The notes under the pieces were generated by a model. That model did not search any database. It was not told where the DNA came from and saw nothing but the letters and a program-made list of their open reading frames with translations. 64,000 bases of DNA, taken from IMG/VR virus record IMGVR_UViG_3300026430_000265, positions 2,771 through 66,770 of that record; one strand, given 5' to 3'. This DNA comes from a virus. The position numbers were made by a program, and so were the translations under genes. Numbering within the stretch: the stretch's first letter is position 1; each line of letters opens with the position of its first letter. Positions 1-9,226 of the stretch are shown piece after piece.

Positions 1-5
1 ATGGT

Positions 6-1454
6 GTGCCTGCTGACTGGGTACTCGTTCGTGGTTATGACGAATGCCCACGTTGGGCGCCACCCAAGTCGTCTGGTGGGATCAATAGCACGCTGTACCG
101 TGCGCCTTCCAAGCTGGTAATGAGCACTATCAACTACACAGGCGATGGTACCGAGGCACGCTATGCCCTTGGCGATCTGGAAATCGAGAACGTCAACTAC
201 CTGCAGCCAGCGCTTGGTGGTGTAACCCAGCACCGTGATGCGTTTGATATGAGCGGCAACGAGATTGAGTTTGTGGAGGCAATTGCCGCCCAGATTCCAA
301 TTGACCTGCGCCTGTTCACACGTATCCCGTCGAACGGCAGCCGCATGTTGATCAAGGTTGACCATGTGGTGGGTGATGGCAGCACGCAGAACTTCAAGAT
401 CAGCCAGCCCGTGCAAGACGCCAACTACATCAAGGCGTACATTCGCGGTATCCGGCAGATGCTCACCACGTTCACCTACGATGCCACAACGCAGGAGGTC
501 AAGTTTGTAGCACCGATCCCTGCTGGCGTTGACGTGGAGTTGCGTAGCTTCCGTATCGAAGACTTCGAGGGTTACAGCACCACCATCTCGACCATCGCCA
601 CGATCACCAGTGACGACACGTACTTCCTCGAACTGCCGTTCACTCCGCAGTCGGTTGAGTACATCGAGGTATCCCAGTCTGGTGCGCACATCCATGGCAA
701 CCAGTACACTCTGGTAGACAACAAGGTGATCTTCACTGGGCCGATTCGCAAAGGCCTGGGTGTCGAGATTACCCTGTACGACAACGCGCCAGCACAAGGC
801 AGTAGCAATACCAACCTTGCTGGTGTGGTCATTGATGCAGTGCTTACTGGTCGTACCTTGAAGCTCCTGCGTCATGGTGCCAAGCCGATTGTCCTGCCTG
901 TGCCTGGCGTATCGCTGATCGCTGGCTCGGGTATCCGTATCAGTGGTTCGCACCCTGTGTACCGGATCGAATCGACCATCAGTGAGCAACTGACTGATGC
1001 CGAGGCCAACTTCAAGTTCACGGATACTCGGAACCAGAAGGACGCCCAAGAGATTCTGTTCACGCACCGTGTCAATCTCTCCAGTGACGTGATGGTGACT
1101 GTCCACGCTGACTTCCAAGCAGCACTCGGCCCTGGCTTCGTCACGGAAGAAGGCTTGGAGATCATGGAGTACGTGGTTGGCTTCCGTTCGTCCAAGAGTC
1201 AGGAGCCTGATTACGGTCGCCAGATTGCAGGTACTGGTACTGCTGGCTTCTCGTCCCTTGGTGGCGACAAGAACGAACGTGCCTACTCCAACGCCTCGCT
1301 CACTCAGGTCTACGATATTGTGACCAAGAACCACCCAGCGGGCTACATCGACGTTGTGGTGAAGATGCGGGTGAAGAACGCGAACGTGAGCCAGTACGGT
1401 TCGTTCCTGAACGTCAACGTCAACATCATCGGTACGCCGAAGATTGCCAAATAG
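6..1454 (+). CDS. Virion structural protein (baseplate/fibre-associated); probably 5'-truncated by the window edge
   Basis: 482-aa ORF from GTG at base 6 with no room for an RBS; repeated GDG-T-x-F/Y beta-rich modules typical of phage baseplate/fibre proteins; first gene of the structural block. Confidence 0.6.
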   Translation: MPADWVLVRGYDECPRWAPPKSSGGINSTLYRAPSKLVMSTINYTGDGTEARYALGDLEIENVNYLQPALGGVTQHRDAFDMSGNEIEFVEAIAAQIPIDLRLFTRIPSNGSRMLIKVDHVVGDGSTQNFKISQPVQDANYIKAYIRGIRQMLTTFTYDATTQEVKFVAPIPAGVDVELRSFRIEDFEGYSTTISTIATITSDDTYFLELPFTPQSVEYIEVSQSGAHIHGNQYTLVDNKVIFTGPIRKGLGVEITLYDNAPAQGSSNTNLAGVVIDAVLTGRTLKLLRHGAKPIVLPVPGVSLIAGSGIRISGSHPVYRIESTISEQLTDAEANFKFTDTRNQKDAQEILFTHRVNLSSDVMVTVHADFQAALGPGFVTEEGLEIMEYVVGFRSSKSQEPDYGRQIAGTGTAGFSSLGGDKNERAYSNASLTQVYDIVTKNHPAGYIDVVVKMRVKNANVSQYGSFLNVNVNIIGTPKIAK

Positions 1455-1461
1455 GTGAGCC

Positions 1462-1923
1462 ATGATCTGCTACGTCATGCCCGATGGGAGTTATGGACGC
1501 AGCACACAGCCGCCACACGACGCCATTCCCATTGGTGACGACATATACAGGATGCTGGAGGACAACCCTGGCATGCTGGACATTGAAGTCACCGGTGTGA
1601 ATGTTCGGATCAGCCCATCGCTTATTTCCTACAAGGCAAAGGCGCTGGAGATTATCCGTACCGAAGTGGGCAAGCTGCTGCCGTCTGAGCAGCATCTGAA
1701 CCAACTGCACCGCAGCGTTGCTTGCGAGCAGTCCTGTTTCGATGAGGTCCTTGGCTGGTTAACGGTTGAGGACACGCGCAAGACGTTTGCGCAGCTTAAC
1801 GAACGGCACAACAAGCTGCGATTCATTCAACACGACAGCACCTCCATGGTGGGGCAAGCAACAGCCTGTGAACAGGTTGATACCATACTGGAGGCATTGT
1901 CGCATACACTAGGTGCACTATGA
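1462..1923 (+). CDS. Hypothetical protein, possible tail-fibre assembly chaperone
   Basis: 153 aa; AGGTGAG RBS; short beta N-terminus then helical C-terminus as in fibre-assembly chaperones; ATGA overlap with the next gene. Confidence 0.5.
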   Translation: MICYVMPDGSYGRSTQPPHDAIPIGDDIYRMLEDNPGMLDIEVTGVNVRISPSLISYKAKALEIIRTEVGKLLPSEQHLNQLHRSVACEQSCFDEVLGWLTVEDTRKTFAQLNERHNKLRFIQHDSTSMVGQATACEQVDTILEALSHTLGAL

Positions 1924-3329
1924 GTGTGAAAGGTGTTTCCGACTCTCCACTCCTTGGGAAGTCTATCCTAGGAGACCAATCCCGGGTGCCCATCGGTGCG
2001 CCTGTGATTACAAACCTCAGGGTGAAGAACTCGAAAGAGATTCAGGCCCTGATGACTGGCCAGACATTGACTGAGCCACAACTCAACCAGTTCGAGACGT
2101 TTGGGCAGGATGGCAGGGAAGCCTTCCGCAAAGAGTCCAACAGCATCGACTACCGTGATCGCACGCTGGAGAACGGGCGCCTTATCGAGGAGTGGAGCTA
2201 CGACCCACAAACGGGTTCGCTTGTCCTCGTGCGGAAGAACCAAGAAGAGTACCGCATCTTCAACTTCCTGCGCCAAGACGCGATGGGTCATGGTGCTACA
2301 GGTCCTCGTGGCGATCCGGGTAAAGATGGGAAGAACGGACGTCTCGGTCGTGATGGTGCTCAAGGTGCTACCGGTTGCGAAGGTGAGAAGGGTGATCCGG
2401 GTGAGACTGGTAACCCAGGCGTCGAAGGTAATCCCGGCATCATGGGCTTGCAAGGTCCAGACGGTTGTGAGGGTGCATCGGGCGATCGTGGTGTCGTGGG
2501 TCCACAGGGACGTAACGGGTTTGAAGGCGCTCGTGGCCTCACTGGACCAAGTTGCGATGAAGAGAACACTGGCGCTCAAGGTGCACAAGGTGCCAAGTTC
2601 GGTAAGGGTGTTGCCTTTGGCCTAGCCGCTGCCTCTGATCCAGAAGTCGCAATCATGGGCTTGGACGATGACGGTGTTGATGCAGTTGCGCCAACGTGTG
2701 GCTGGACTGGTAAGCTGTGCGGTGCAACTACTGCGCCAGCAACGCCTGCTCCTGATACATCAGCGCCAGCTAACCCATCGCCTCCACCTACTGCATCTGC
2801 GCGCATCAGCCTGTGTACGAGCTTTGGTAACCAGAGTCCGAAGAGTTCGTGTGGTGGTACCTCGACTGCGTGGTATGTTGCATGGGCCAACTTCGATGCA
2901 GGTGGCGGTGTACTGGGTCTCTCGGGACTTCCACTCGCACGGCAAAACACTGCATGGTGGCCAAACAGTGTCGTCATGTGTGGTACTCTGGCCGCTGGTG
3001 CAGCGTACACCTTCGAGTTGATTACTCCACCGGGCGTTGCCTCCACCTTGTTCCTGAACTGTGCGATCATCAGCCAGACGGACTACCCAGGTGGTACCAC
3101 GCGAGTCACGAAGACACTGGACAAACCCACTGAGGTTCGCCTGCGCTTCCTCAACAACGCAGCGCGCATCCCAACGTGGTGTGCCCTGAAAATCTACAAC
3201 GCCTCCACAGGCGAACTGCTGTACTTCACGGGTAAGAATGCCAAGAACGCCGGCCTCAAAGGTGAGTTTGCCTCATCCAAGACTGACGACAACTGGGCAG
3301 GCAACAGCTCCGTGCAGCAGTACCTATAA
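1920..3329 (+). CDS. Collagen-like fibre protein A with Cys-rich C-terminal beta domain
   Basis: 29 uninterrupted G-X-Y triplets (GATGPRGDP...GLTGPS), Pro/Ala linker, beta-rich C-terminal domain. Confidence 0.8.
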   Translation: MSVKGVSDSPLLGKSILGDQSRVPIGAPVITNLRVKNSKEIQALMTGQTLTEPQLNQFETFGQDGREAFRKESNSIDYRDRTLENGRLIEEWSYDPQTGSLVLVRKNQEEYRIFNFLRQDAMGHGATGPRGDPGKDGKNGRLGRDGAQGATGCEGEKGDPGETGNPGVEGNPGIMGLQGPDGCEGASGDRGVVGPQGRNGFEGARGLTGPSCDEENTGAQGAQGAKFGKGVAFGLAAASDPEVAIMGLDDDGVDAVAPTCGWTGKLCGATTAPATPAPDTSAPANPSPPPTASARISLCTSFGNQSPKSSCGGTSTAWYVAWANFDAGGGVLGLSGLPLARQNTAWWPNSVVMCGTLAAGAAYTFELITPPGVASTLFLNCAIISQTDYPGGTTRVTKTLDKPTEVRLRFLNNAARIPTWCALKIYNASTGELLYFTGKNAKNAGLKGEFASSKTDDNWAGNSSVQQYL

Positions 3330-3338
3330 GGATTCAAC

Positions 3339-4034
3339 ATGACAGGCTTGACTCGAATCCACAGTTCGTTGATCTATGCCCCGGGTGAATCAGACCAGAC
3401 CGAAGTAGTGGTCAGGGACGAACACCTTGAGGCCAGTGCGCCGCTTGAGTCGGATATCAGTGAAGTCTCCAGCGGCTACTACGATGCCCAGCTGGGTATC
3501 CTGACGCTCACCATGAGCAACGGTGATACCGTTCGTATCAATGGCTTTGCCACAGCGGGTAACATCCCTGCTGGTCCCACAGGCCCTCAGGGTTTGCCGG
3601 GTAAAGATGGCCAAGACGGCCGTGATGGTAAGGACGGTGAGAAAGGCGAAGAGGGTTGCCAAGGTCCAGCGGGGCCACAAGGCGCCACTGGTGCTACCGG
3701 CCCTGATGGTCGCGATGGCATGATGGGTCAGCAAGGCGTTCGTGGTTGCCCAGGTCCCAAGGGTGCACCGGGTGAACGCGGACCCACTGGCCCGCAAGGT
3801 CCAATCGGCCCCACTGGTCCAAGAGGTGAGCAAGGTCCTACGGGTAAGCCGGGTGCTCCTGGCCCTGCAGGTACCGTGAATATCATCGTCTCCACTACTG
3901 ACCCTGGTAACGTGGGTGCTGGCTGGCTCTGGGTTAACCCAAGCGCCACTGAAACTCCTGCATCGGGTGGCGGCGGTGGCGGCACTGTAACGCCTCCTGC
4001 GACTGACCCACCCATCGGCACTCCATGGCCATAA
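3339..4034 (+). CDS. Collagen-like fibre protein B
   Basis: About 34 G-X-Y triplets; shared YD-x3-G-x-L-x-L..I-x-GF pre-collagen motif; C-terminal IIVSTTDP...WLWVNP motif. Confidence 0.85.
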   Translation: MTGLTRIHSSLIYAPGESDQTEVVVRDEHLEASAPLESDISEVSSGYYDAQLGILTLTMSNGDTVRINGFATAGNIPAGPTGPQGLPGKDGQDGRDGKDGEKGEEGCQGPAGPQGATGATGPDGRDGMMGQQGVRGCPGPKGAPGERGPTGPQGPIGPTGPRGEQGPTGKPGAPGPAGTVNIIVSTTDPGNVGAGWLWVNPSATETPASGGGGGGTVTPPATDPPIGTPWP

Positions 4035-4046
4035 CAAGGTGACCTT

Positions 4047-4562
4047 ATGCTGACTCGCGTTCCACTCAAATTGCTCGATGCCAAAGGTCGCTCTGGTAGT
4101 GACGTGCGCTTCGATGGTAACAACGTCGTGGTGGAAGAGGATAGCCTCAACCAGAACGACTACGGCATCACGGCTGGTAACTACGACGCCACCTCTGGTA
4201 CCCTGACGCTCGTCCTGCGCAATGGTGAAAGCCTCCAGCTCTCTGGGTTCACCACTGTCAGCGACATGGGCGTTGGCCAAGCAGGCCCCACTGGCCCAGC
4301 AGGTCAAGATGGCCGTGATGGTCTCAATGGTACTGACGGTGAGAAGGGTGCCACTGGTTGCCAAGGCCCAGCTGGCCCTCCCGGTCGTCAAGGCCCTCGC
4401 GGCGAACAAGGCAACCCAGGGGCTACAGGCCCTAACGGTGCAACTGGACCCACTGGCCCTGATGGCAAGGATGGCGTCGTTCAAATCTGGATTCAGACCG
4501 CTGACCCAGTGCTGGATGCTGCCGTCCACGTTGTCCCTGGGGCACTGTGGGTCAAGCCATAA
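4047..4562 (+). CDS. Collagen-like fibre protein C
   Basis: About 23 G-X-Y triplets; same pre-collagen motif; ends IWIQTADP...ALWVKP. Confidence 0.85.
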   Translation: MLTRVPLKLLDAKGRSGSDVRFDGNNVVVEEDSLNQNDYGITAGNYDATSGTLTLVLRNGESLQLSGFTTVSDMGVGQAGPTGPAGQDGRDGLNGTDGEKGATGCQGPAGPPGRQGPRGEQGNPGATGPNGATGPTGPDGKDGVVQIWIQTADPVLDAAVHVVPGALWVKP

Positions 4563-4577
4563 GTTGGAGTTCTACCA

Positions 4578-7500
4578 ATGAGTAGACTAAGAATCAGGAA
4601 TGCGGCCAACACCAAGTGGTTGGATATCTGCCAGAGTGAATGGCGGGTGCGCAATCCAAGCAACACAGGCTGGACACGCATCACTCCTGCGCAGGGCATG
4701 AAGGTTCGCCATGGTGCTGAGACCTATTGGCTGGACATTGATTGCAAGGCGGAAGGCCTAGCCAGTTGTGACACTGAGGATGAGTACGGCGGCACACCGG
4801 ACGGTAAGGGTAGCAATGGTTCAGGTGGTGGTAACGGCTCCGGCGGTGGAACAGGTGGCAACGGAGGCAACGGAGGGGCGGGCGGTAACGGCACGGACCC
4901 TGGGTCTGGGTCGGGCGGAATAGGAGGCGGTTTGAACGGTCCTGGCAGCCCTTGGTACAATAATGGGGATAAAGGATCCGGCCAAGGCGGCTCTGGATGG
5001 CAGGAAGGAGCACCATATCCAGGTGGCTATGATCTGCCAGATAGCGATGGGGATGGAGCGGGCGACAAGGGCTCGTGTATCTACCGTCCCGGACTGGGTG
5101 TCTGTGAGGAGAAGGGTGTCCTCATTATCCGTCCGGACATGGACTGCGGTACGAAGATCGCCGGTGGGTTTGATTGCCCATTCGAGTGCCCAAGTGCTAT
5201 CAATGGTAGCGGTAAGGGTATCTGGGAGTTCTACCTGAACATGGGCAAGGAAGGCGGTGCGGTGCGTATGCCATGGATGGCGAACGCTGGTGCTGTTAGT
5301 GTCGATGTGTACTACCGCGGCAAGGTCATTGCGAGCACTGGTGGGCAGCGTACTGGCAAAGGCGTATTGCAGTTCGTGTTCACGCCGGTGAATAACGACC
5401 CACTGGTGTTTGTCCGGGTTAGGGCTACTAAGGCCAGCAAGTGGACGCTCCAGATGAAGTGCGTGGGTGACGACGATACGGACGGTGAAATCACTGATCC
5501 ACGTCCATGCCACGGTACGTTCGAGGTGAAGAAAGAAGGCGGGTTGGGAACGTTTGAGTTCTATCACGCCATGGGTGATAAGGCTGGCTTGGTAGACATA
5601 CACTACCAGATGTGGAACCAGCCGGATAAGCTCGAAGTATTCCAAGACGGACGGTTGCTCAAGTCTACTGGCGGATACGTGGCAGGCGAAGGCCATGTGA
5701 AGTTTGACTATTCGCCTACCGAGTCGCAGCTTGTCATGGTGCGCATCACTGCACGGGACCCTGGGACCTCGTGGATTTACCTGATCACCTGTCCGGGCGA
5801 GAAGGGTAGTGAAGATGATCCACGGCCGTGTTCGGATCAGAGCGCCGTGACGTCTGGTGGTGCTGGTGTTACTGACACCTATGTCGATATGGGTCCGAAT
5901 GCTGGTAAGGTGGGTGTGCGTTACCAGATGTACAACATCCCCGATAAGCTGGACGTCTATCAAGGCGGTACGTTGGTTGCGACGACTGGTGGGCCTGTTA
6001 CTGGCGATCACTGGCTGTACTTCAACTACAACCCCGCTGGTGGTCAGAAGATCCAGATTCGGGTAACTGGCAGCGGTAAGACCTCGTGGTCGTTCCTGCA
6101 TACGTGCCCGGGTGATGAGGATCCAAACATCAGCATCGACGATCCGATTGTCAAGGAAGGCAAGGAGGGTGAGACTGCCCAACTCTGCTGGACCGTGACT
6201 ATGGATAAGCCGCAGTCCATGCCTGTGACTGTCGATTACCAATCTGGTGGCGGTACTGCTAAGCCCTTCATCTGCCAAGGCCGGATTTTGGCGAACGACG
6301 AGTTCAACAACCCCTTTATCGCAGTCGCGGACTGTGGCGTTGGTCGTGCAGCATTCGATGGCGGGTTCCCCAAGTTCTACAACAATGCCTACAGGGCGCC
6401 GCAGGATGCACCTACTGGTCAGGCCGTATTCGACTCGTGGTGGCGGACGGCAGGCGACGAGTATTACTCGGACCCTACCACAATCCCTGCTGCATCGCAA
6501 GCTACTGCATGGCGGTTGTCGAGCGGGAACATCCAGTCGACCACGAACAGTTCCAAGATGATTTCGTTCTGTTCGCCGCTGTCGTACATGAGCTACACGT
6601 TTGAGGCCACGCTGTCGTCTGGCGAGGCGGATGACGATATGATCGGCTTGGTAGCTGCGTTCGCCCGTGTTGGTGCTGACAACTACCATCTGGTTGCATC
6701 GCGTGTACCCGGTGGCATGGGAGGTTATGGTAGTGGTAACTTCAATCTGACGCTGCTTGTCAACGGTGTACCTACTAAGGTGCTCGCGACGAAGACTTCT
6801 GGCGGCAACGGGAACTGGAATGGTCGTGGGCAGACCCGTGTGCGGGTTGAGCGTGACTGCAACATCATCACGATCTACTGCTCACCCTTTGGTTCGGTTG
6901 CACTGGACTCTGGCACCAAGATCGAAGTGGACCTGAGTGCAGATGCTGACCTGAGCGCATTCACAGGCCAGACCAGCTGGGGCTTCTGTGCCCAGTCGCA
7001 AGCAAACGCCACGTTCAGCTCCGTGTTCGTGTCCGGCATTGGTCTGCCACCTGCATTCACCTACCTGAAGAACTTGATCCAGTGGACTGCGCGCACCAAC
7101 AATCGCACAGGCAAGGTGTTGATTACCTGCGACAACGCGACTGGTGGGAACTACACGCTCGACAGTCAGCCCAACGGGTTCGGTATCAGCTTGCCGGGTA
7201 CTGTCACGGCTGCTGGCTTCACGCCTGTGATGAAAGACGTGTACGCGTGGAACTCTGTGGGTGCTATCCCACTGGCTGAGCTCCTGACGTATGACACCAT
7301 CATCTTCATGGGTTCGCGGGTGACGGCAACTGGTGTAGCGGCTGAAGGTATCCTGAAGGAGGGTTCGGTAGCCAACTTCGCCGAGTACGCTAAGCGCGGT
7401 GGTGGCCTTGTTGTCATCACTGACCACTACGTCTTCGAGTCTGGTGCCAACCAGTTGGCTAACCTGTTCGGGATGGAGTTCTACGGCTCAGTGGATCGTA

Positions 7501-8228
7501 GTGCTATCAGCGTAGCTGCCATGATTACTGCGTGGGGCGATCACCAAGCGTGGGATGGTCTGCACTGCGAGAAGATTCCTGCAGGCGGTAGTGAAGGTGC
7601 ACTGCGCATCAAGGTTGAGGAGCGTGACTATCAGCCAACATCGGGTACCGTGACGTTCGCACCGGGTGAGACTTCCAAGCAGGTCTGTGTCCCAGTCTTC
7701 GGTAACGACGTGCAGCAACCTGATCGCACCGTGGGCATGACCATCGGCAATGCGTCGAAGGGTAACATCACCAAGTCTGGTGGCTTCGGCACGATCATGG
7801 ATGACGACAGCGCGATCTGCAACCAGAACCCAAGCGAGCAAGTGTTCGAGCGCGCTGGTGGTCCTGATGGCTGCAATCTCCTGCACGTGCAGCCAAACTT
7901 CGATTGCGCTGCTGGCAACGTCATGTACCTGATGCAAGCCTTCATCCCGTTCACGTACAGCGGCTCGCACGTTATCACCGTTATCTCGGACGATGACTAT
8001 GAGTTGTACATTGACTGTAAGAAGGTGGGCTCTGGTCCAATTGGCGTGGCAACACTCACTGTGGATGTACGCGCGGGGACTCGCAACGTGATCCTGCGAT
8101 ACAAGAACATCCCGAACTGTACGCCTGGCTATGCTGGATTCAGCGTGCGCTACAACAACCAAGTCCAGTACCTGACCAAAGCAGCAGATTGGAAAGGTCA
8201 AGCCAACAGCATTGGGGAGATCGGATAA
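4578..8228 (+). CDS. Large multi-domain virion adhesin/fibre: triple W-repeat N-terminus, Gly-rich linker, three tandem beta-sandwich repeats, split Calx-beta with nested inserts, PA14-like C-terminal domain
   Basis: 1216 aa; three ~100-aa repeats (PDKL-x-V-Y/F-Q-x-G...STGG); Calx-beta halves ISIDDPIVKEG..VTVDYQSGGGTA and DYQPTSGTVTFAPGETSKQV..GTIMDDD; C-terminal SDDDYELYIDC. Confidence 0.75.
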   Translation: MSRLRIRNAANTKWLDICQSEWRVRNPSNTGWTRITPAQGMKVRHGAETYWLDIDCKAEGLASCDTEDEYGGTPDGKGSNGSGGGNGSGGGTGGNGGNGGAGGNGTDPGSGSGGIGGGLNGPGSPWYNNGDKGSGQGGSGWQEGAPYPGGYDLPDSDGDGAGDKGSCIYRPGLGVCEEKGVLIIRPDMDCGTKIAGGFDCPFECPSAINGSGKGIWEFYLNMGKEGGAVRMPWMANAGAVSVDVYYRGKVIASTGGQRTGKGVLQFVFTPVNNDPLVFVRVRATKASKWTLQMKCVGDDDTDGEITDPRPCHGTFEVKKEGGLGTFEFYHAMGDKAGLVDIHYQMWNQPDKLEVFQDGRLLKSTGGYVAGEGHVKFDYSPTESQLVMVRITARDPGTSWIYLITCPGEKGSEDDPRPCSDQSAVTSGGAGVTDTYVDMGPNAGKVGVRYQMYNIPDKLDVYQGGTLVATTGGPVTGDHWLYFNYNPAGGQKIQIRVTGSGKTSWSFLHTCPGDEDPNISIDDPIVKEGKEGETAQLCWTVTMDKPQSMPVTVDYQSGGGTAKPFICQGRILANDEFNNPFIAVADCGVGRAAFDGGFPKFYNNAYRAPQDAPTGQAVFDSWWRTAGDEYYSDPTTIPAASQATAWRLSSGNIQSTTNSSKMISFCSPLSYMSYTFEATLSSGEADDDMIGLVAAFARVGADNYHLVASRVPGGMGGYGSGNFNLTLLVNGVPTKVLATKTSGGNGNWNGRGQTRVRVERDCNIITIYCSPFGSVALDSGTKIEVDLSADADLSAFTGQTSWGFCAQSQANATFSSVFVSGIGLPPAFTYLKNLIQWTARTNNRTGKVLITCDNATGGNYTLDSQPNGFGISLPGTVTAAGFTPVMKDVYAWNSVGAIPLAELLTYDTIIFMGSRVTATGVAAEGILKEGSVANFAEYAKRGGGLVVITDHYVFESGANQLANLFGMEFYGSVDRSAISVAAMITAWGDHQAWDGLHCEKIPAGGSEGALRIKVEERDYQPTSGTVTFAPGETSKQVCVPVFGNDVQQPDRTVGMTIGNASKGNITKSGGFGTIMDDDSAICNQNPSEQVFERAGGPDGCNLLHVQPNFDCAAGNVMYLMQAFIPFTYSGSHVITVISDDDYELYIDCKKVGSGPIGVATLTVDVRAGTRNVILRYKNIPNCTPGYAGFSVRYNNQVQYLTKAADWKGQANSIGEIG

Positions 8229-8398
8229 TGGCAGTCAGACTCCGTGTTCGACAGTCCGTTAGCGACCCGTGGATTCAAAACTTTGACAAGCTGGGTTGGA
8301 AAGTCAGGGCGAGCGACAACAAGTCGTGGATTCAGATGAACCCGCTCAACACCAAGGTGCGCTCCTCGGACAACACCAAATGGCTCAACGTGAAGTGA
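8228..8398 (+). CDS. 56-aa protein homologous to the N-terminal module of the 1216-aa adhesin
   Basis: TAATG overlap with the upstream stop; three (L/W/T)(R/K)VR-x5-6-W repeats matching those at 4578-4750. Confidence 0.75.
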   Translation: MAVRLRVRQSVSDPWIQNFDKLGWKVRASDNKSWIQMNPLNTKVRSSDNTKWLNVK

Positions 8399-8405
8399 GA
8401 AGACT

Positions 8406-9215
8406 ATGACTGGTAGACTGACCAGGGTGCCATTGCCGCTGCTCGATCCGGGCACGGGTGATACCAACGACATTGTGAAGTTCAACGGCAATGAGCTGGA
8501 GCTTCAGGATGACGAGAATCTGAACGGTGATACCACAATCGTCTCCGGTGATTATGACTCGGAGACGGGCTCACTCGTTCTCAACCGCGCGGATCGCAGT
8601 ACGCTGCTGATCCGTGGCTTCCTTACAACGCAGTCGGTGGGAGTGGGGCCTACGGGTCCCACTGGCCCTCAAGGCAAACCCGGCTCGAACGGTCGTAACG
8701 GTAAAGACGGCCGTGTCGGCGATCAGGGTTGCGTTGGCCCCAAAGGTGATCCGGGTCCTCAGGGTGCAACCGGTCCTGCAGGTTCGAGTGGTGGTCCCGG
8801 TGTTCAGGGCGCTACTGGCCCGACGGGTCCCACCGGTCCGACTGGCCCAGCAGGGCAAGATGGTAAGACGCCAACGTTCGGCGTGGGTGAAGTCGATGCC
8901 TACGAGCGATTCGACAACCTCAGCTTGAAGTGCTGGGGCCGCTTCACGTCGACCGAGGCTGCGCTTTTCCAGCGCGTGATCTTCCCAGAGTCGTTCATCA
9001 CCGACAAGCCTCGGACAATGCACATCCAGTTCATTAACCCGAAGAGCAACGTCAAGAACGCTGTGCGGATTGATCGGGTGAACAAGGGTAACGCAGAGCT
9101 TTCCGTGGACACCTCGCTGCTTGCACAAGAGAGCGATGGTGCTGGCGGGACTCAACCTGTGGCTGCCACCGGCTGGGACTTCTACTACTTCGTCATTGGC
9201 AGCGACGCTCCTTAA
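8406..9215 (+). CDS. Collagen-like fibre protein D with C-terminal globular tip domain
   Basis: About 25 G-X-Y triplets; N-terminus LTRVPLPLLD resembles gene 4047 ([10 protein letters not shown]); C-terminal CWGRF..IFPESF..FYYFVIG resembles fibre tip domains. Confidence 0.8.
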   Translation: MTGRLTRVPLPLLDPGTGDTNDIVKFNGNELELQDDENLNGDTTIVSGDYDSETGSLVLNRADRSTLLIRGFLTTQSVGVGPTGPTGPQGKPGSNGRNGKDGRVGDQGCVGPKGDPGPQGATGPAGSSGGPGVQGATGPTGPTGPTGPAGQDGKTPTFGVGEVDAYERFDNLSLKCWGRFTSTEAALFQRVIFPESFITDKPRTMHIQFINPKSNVKNAVRIDRVNKGNAELSVDTSLLAQESDGAGGTQPVAATGWDFYYFVIGSDAP

Positions 9216-9226
9216 GGAGGTGGTGT

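Noticed and set aside
2280-8880. Periodic GGT/GGC-rich DNA that could suggest a CRISPR array or tandem repeat
   Set aside because: The periodicity comes from G-X-Y collagen and Gly-rich coding; there are no identical 23-47-bp repeats with unique spacers.
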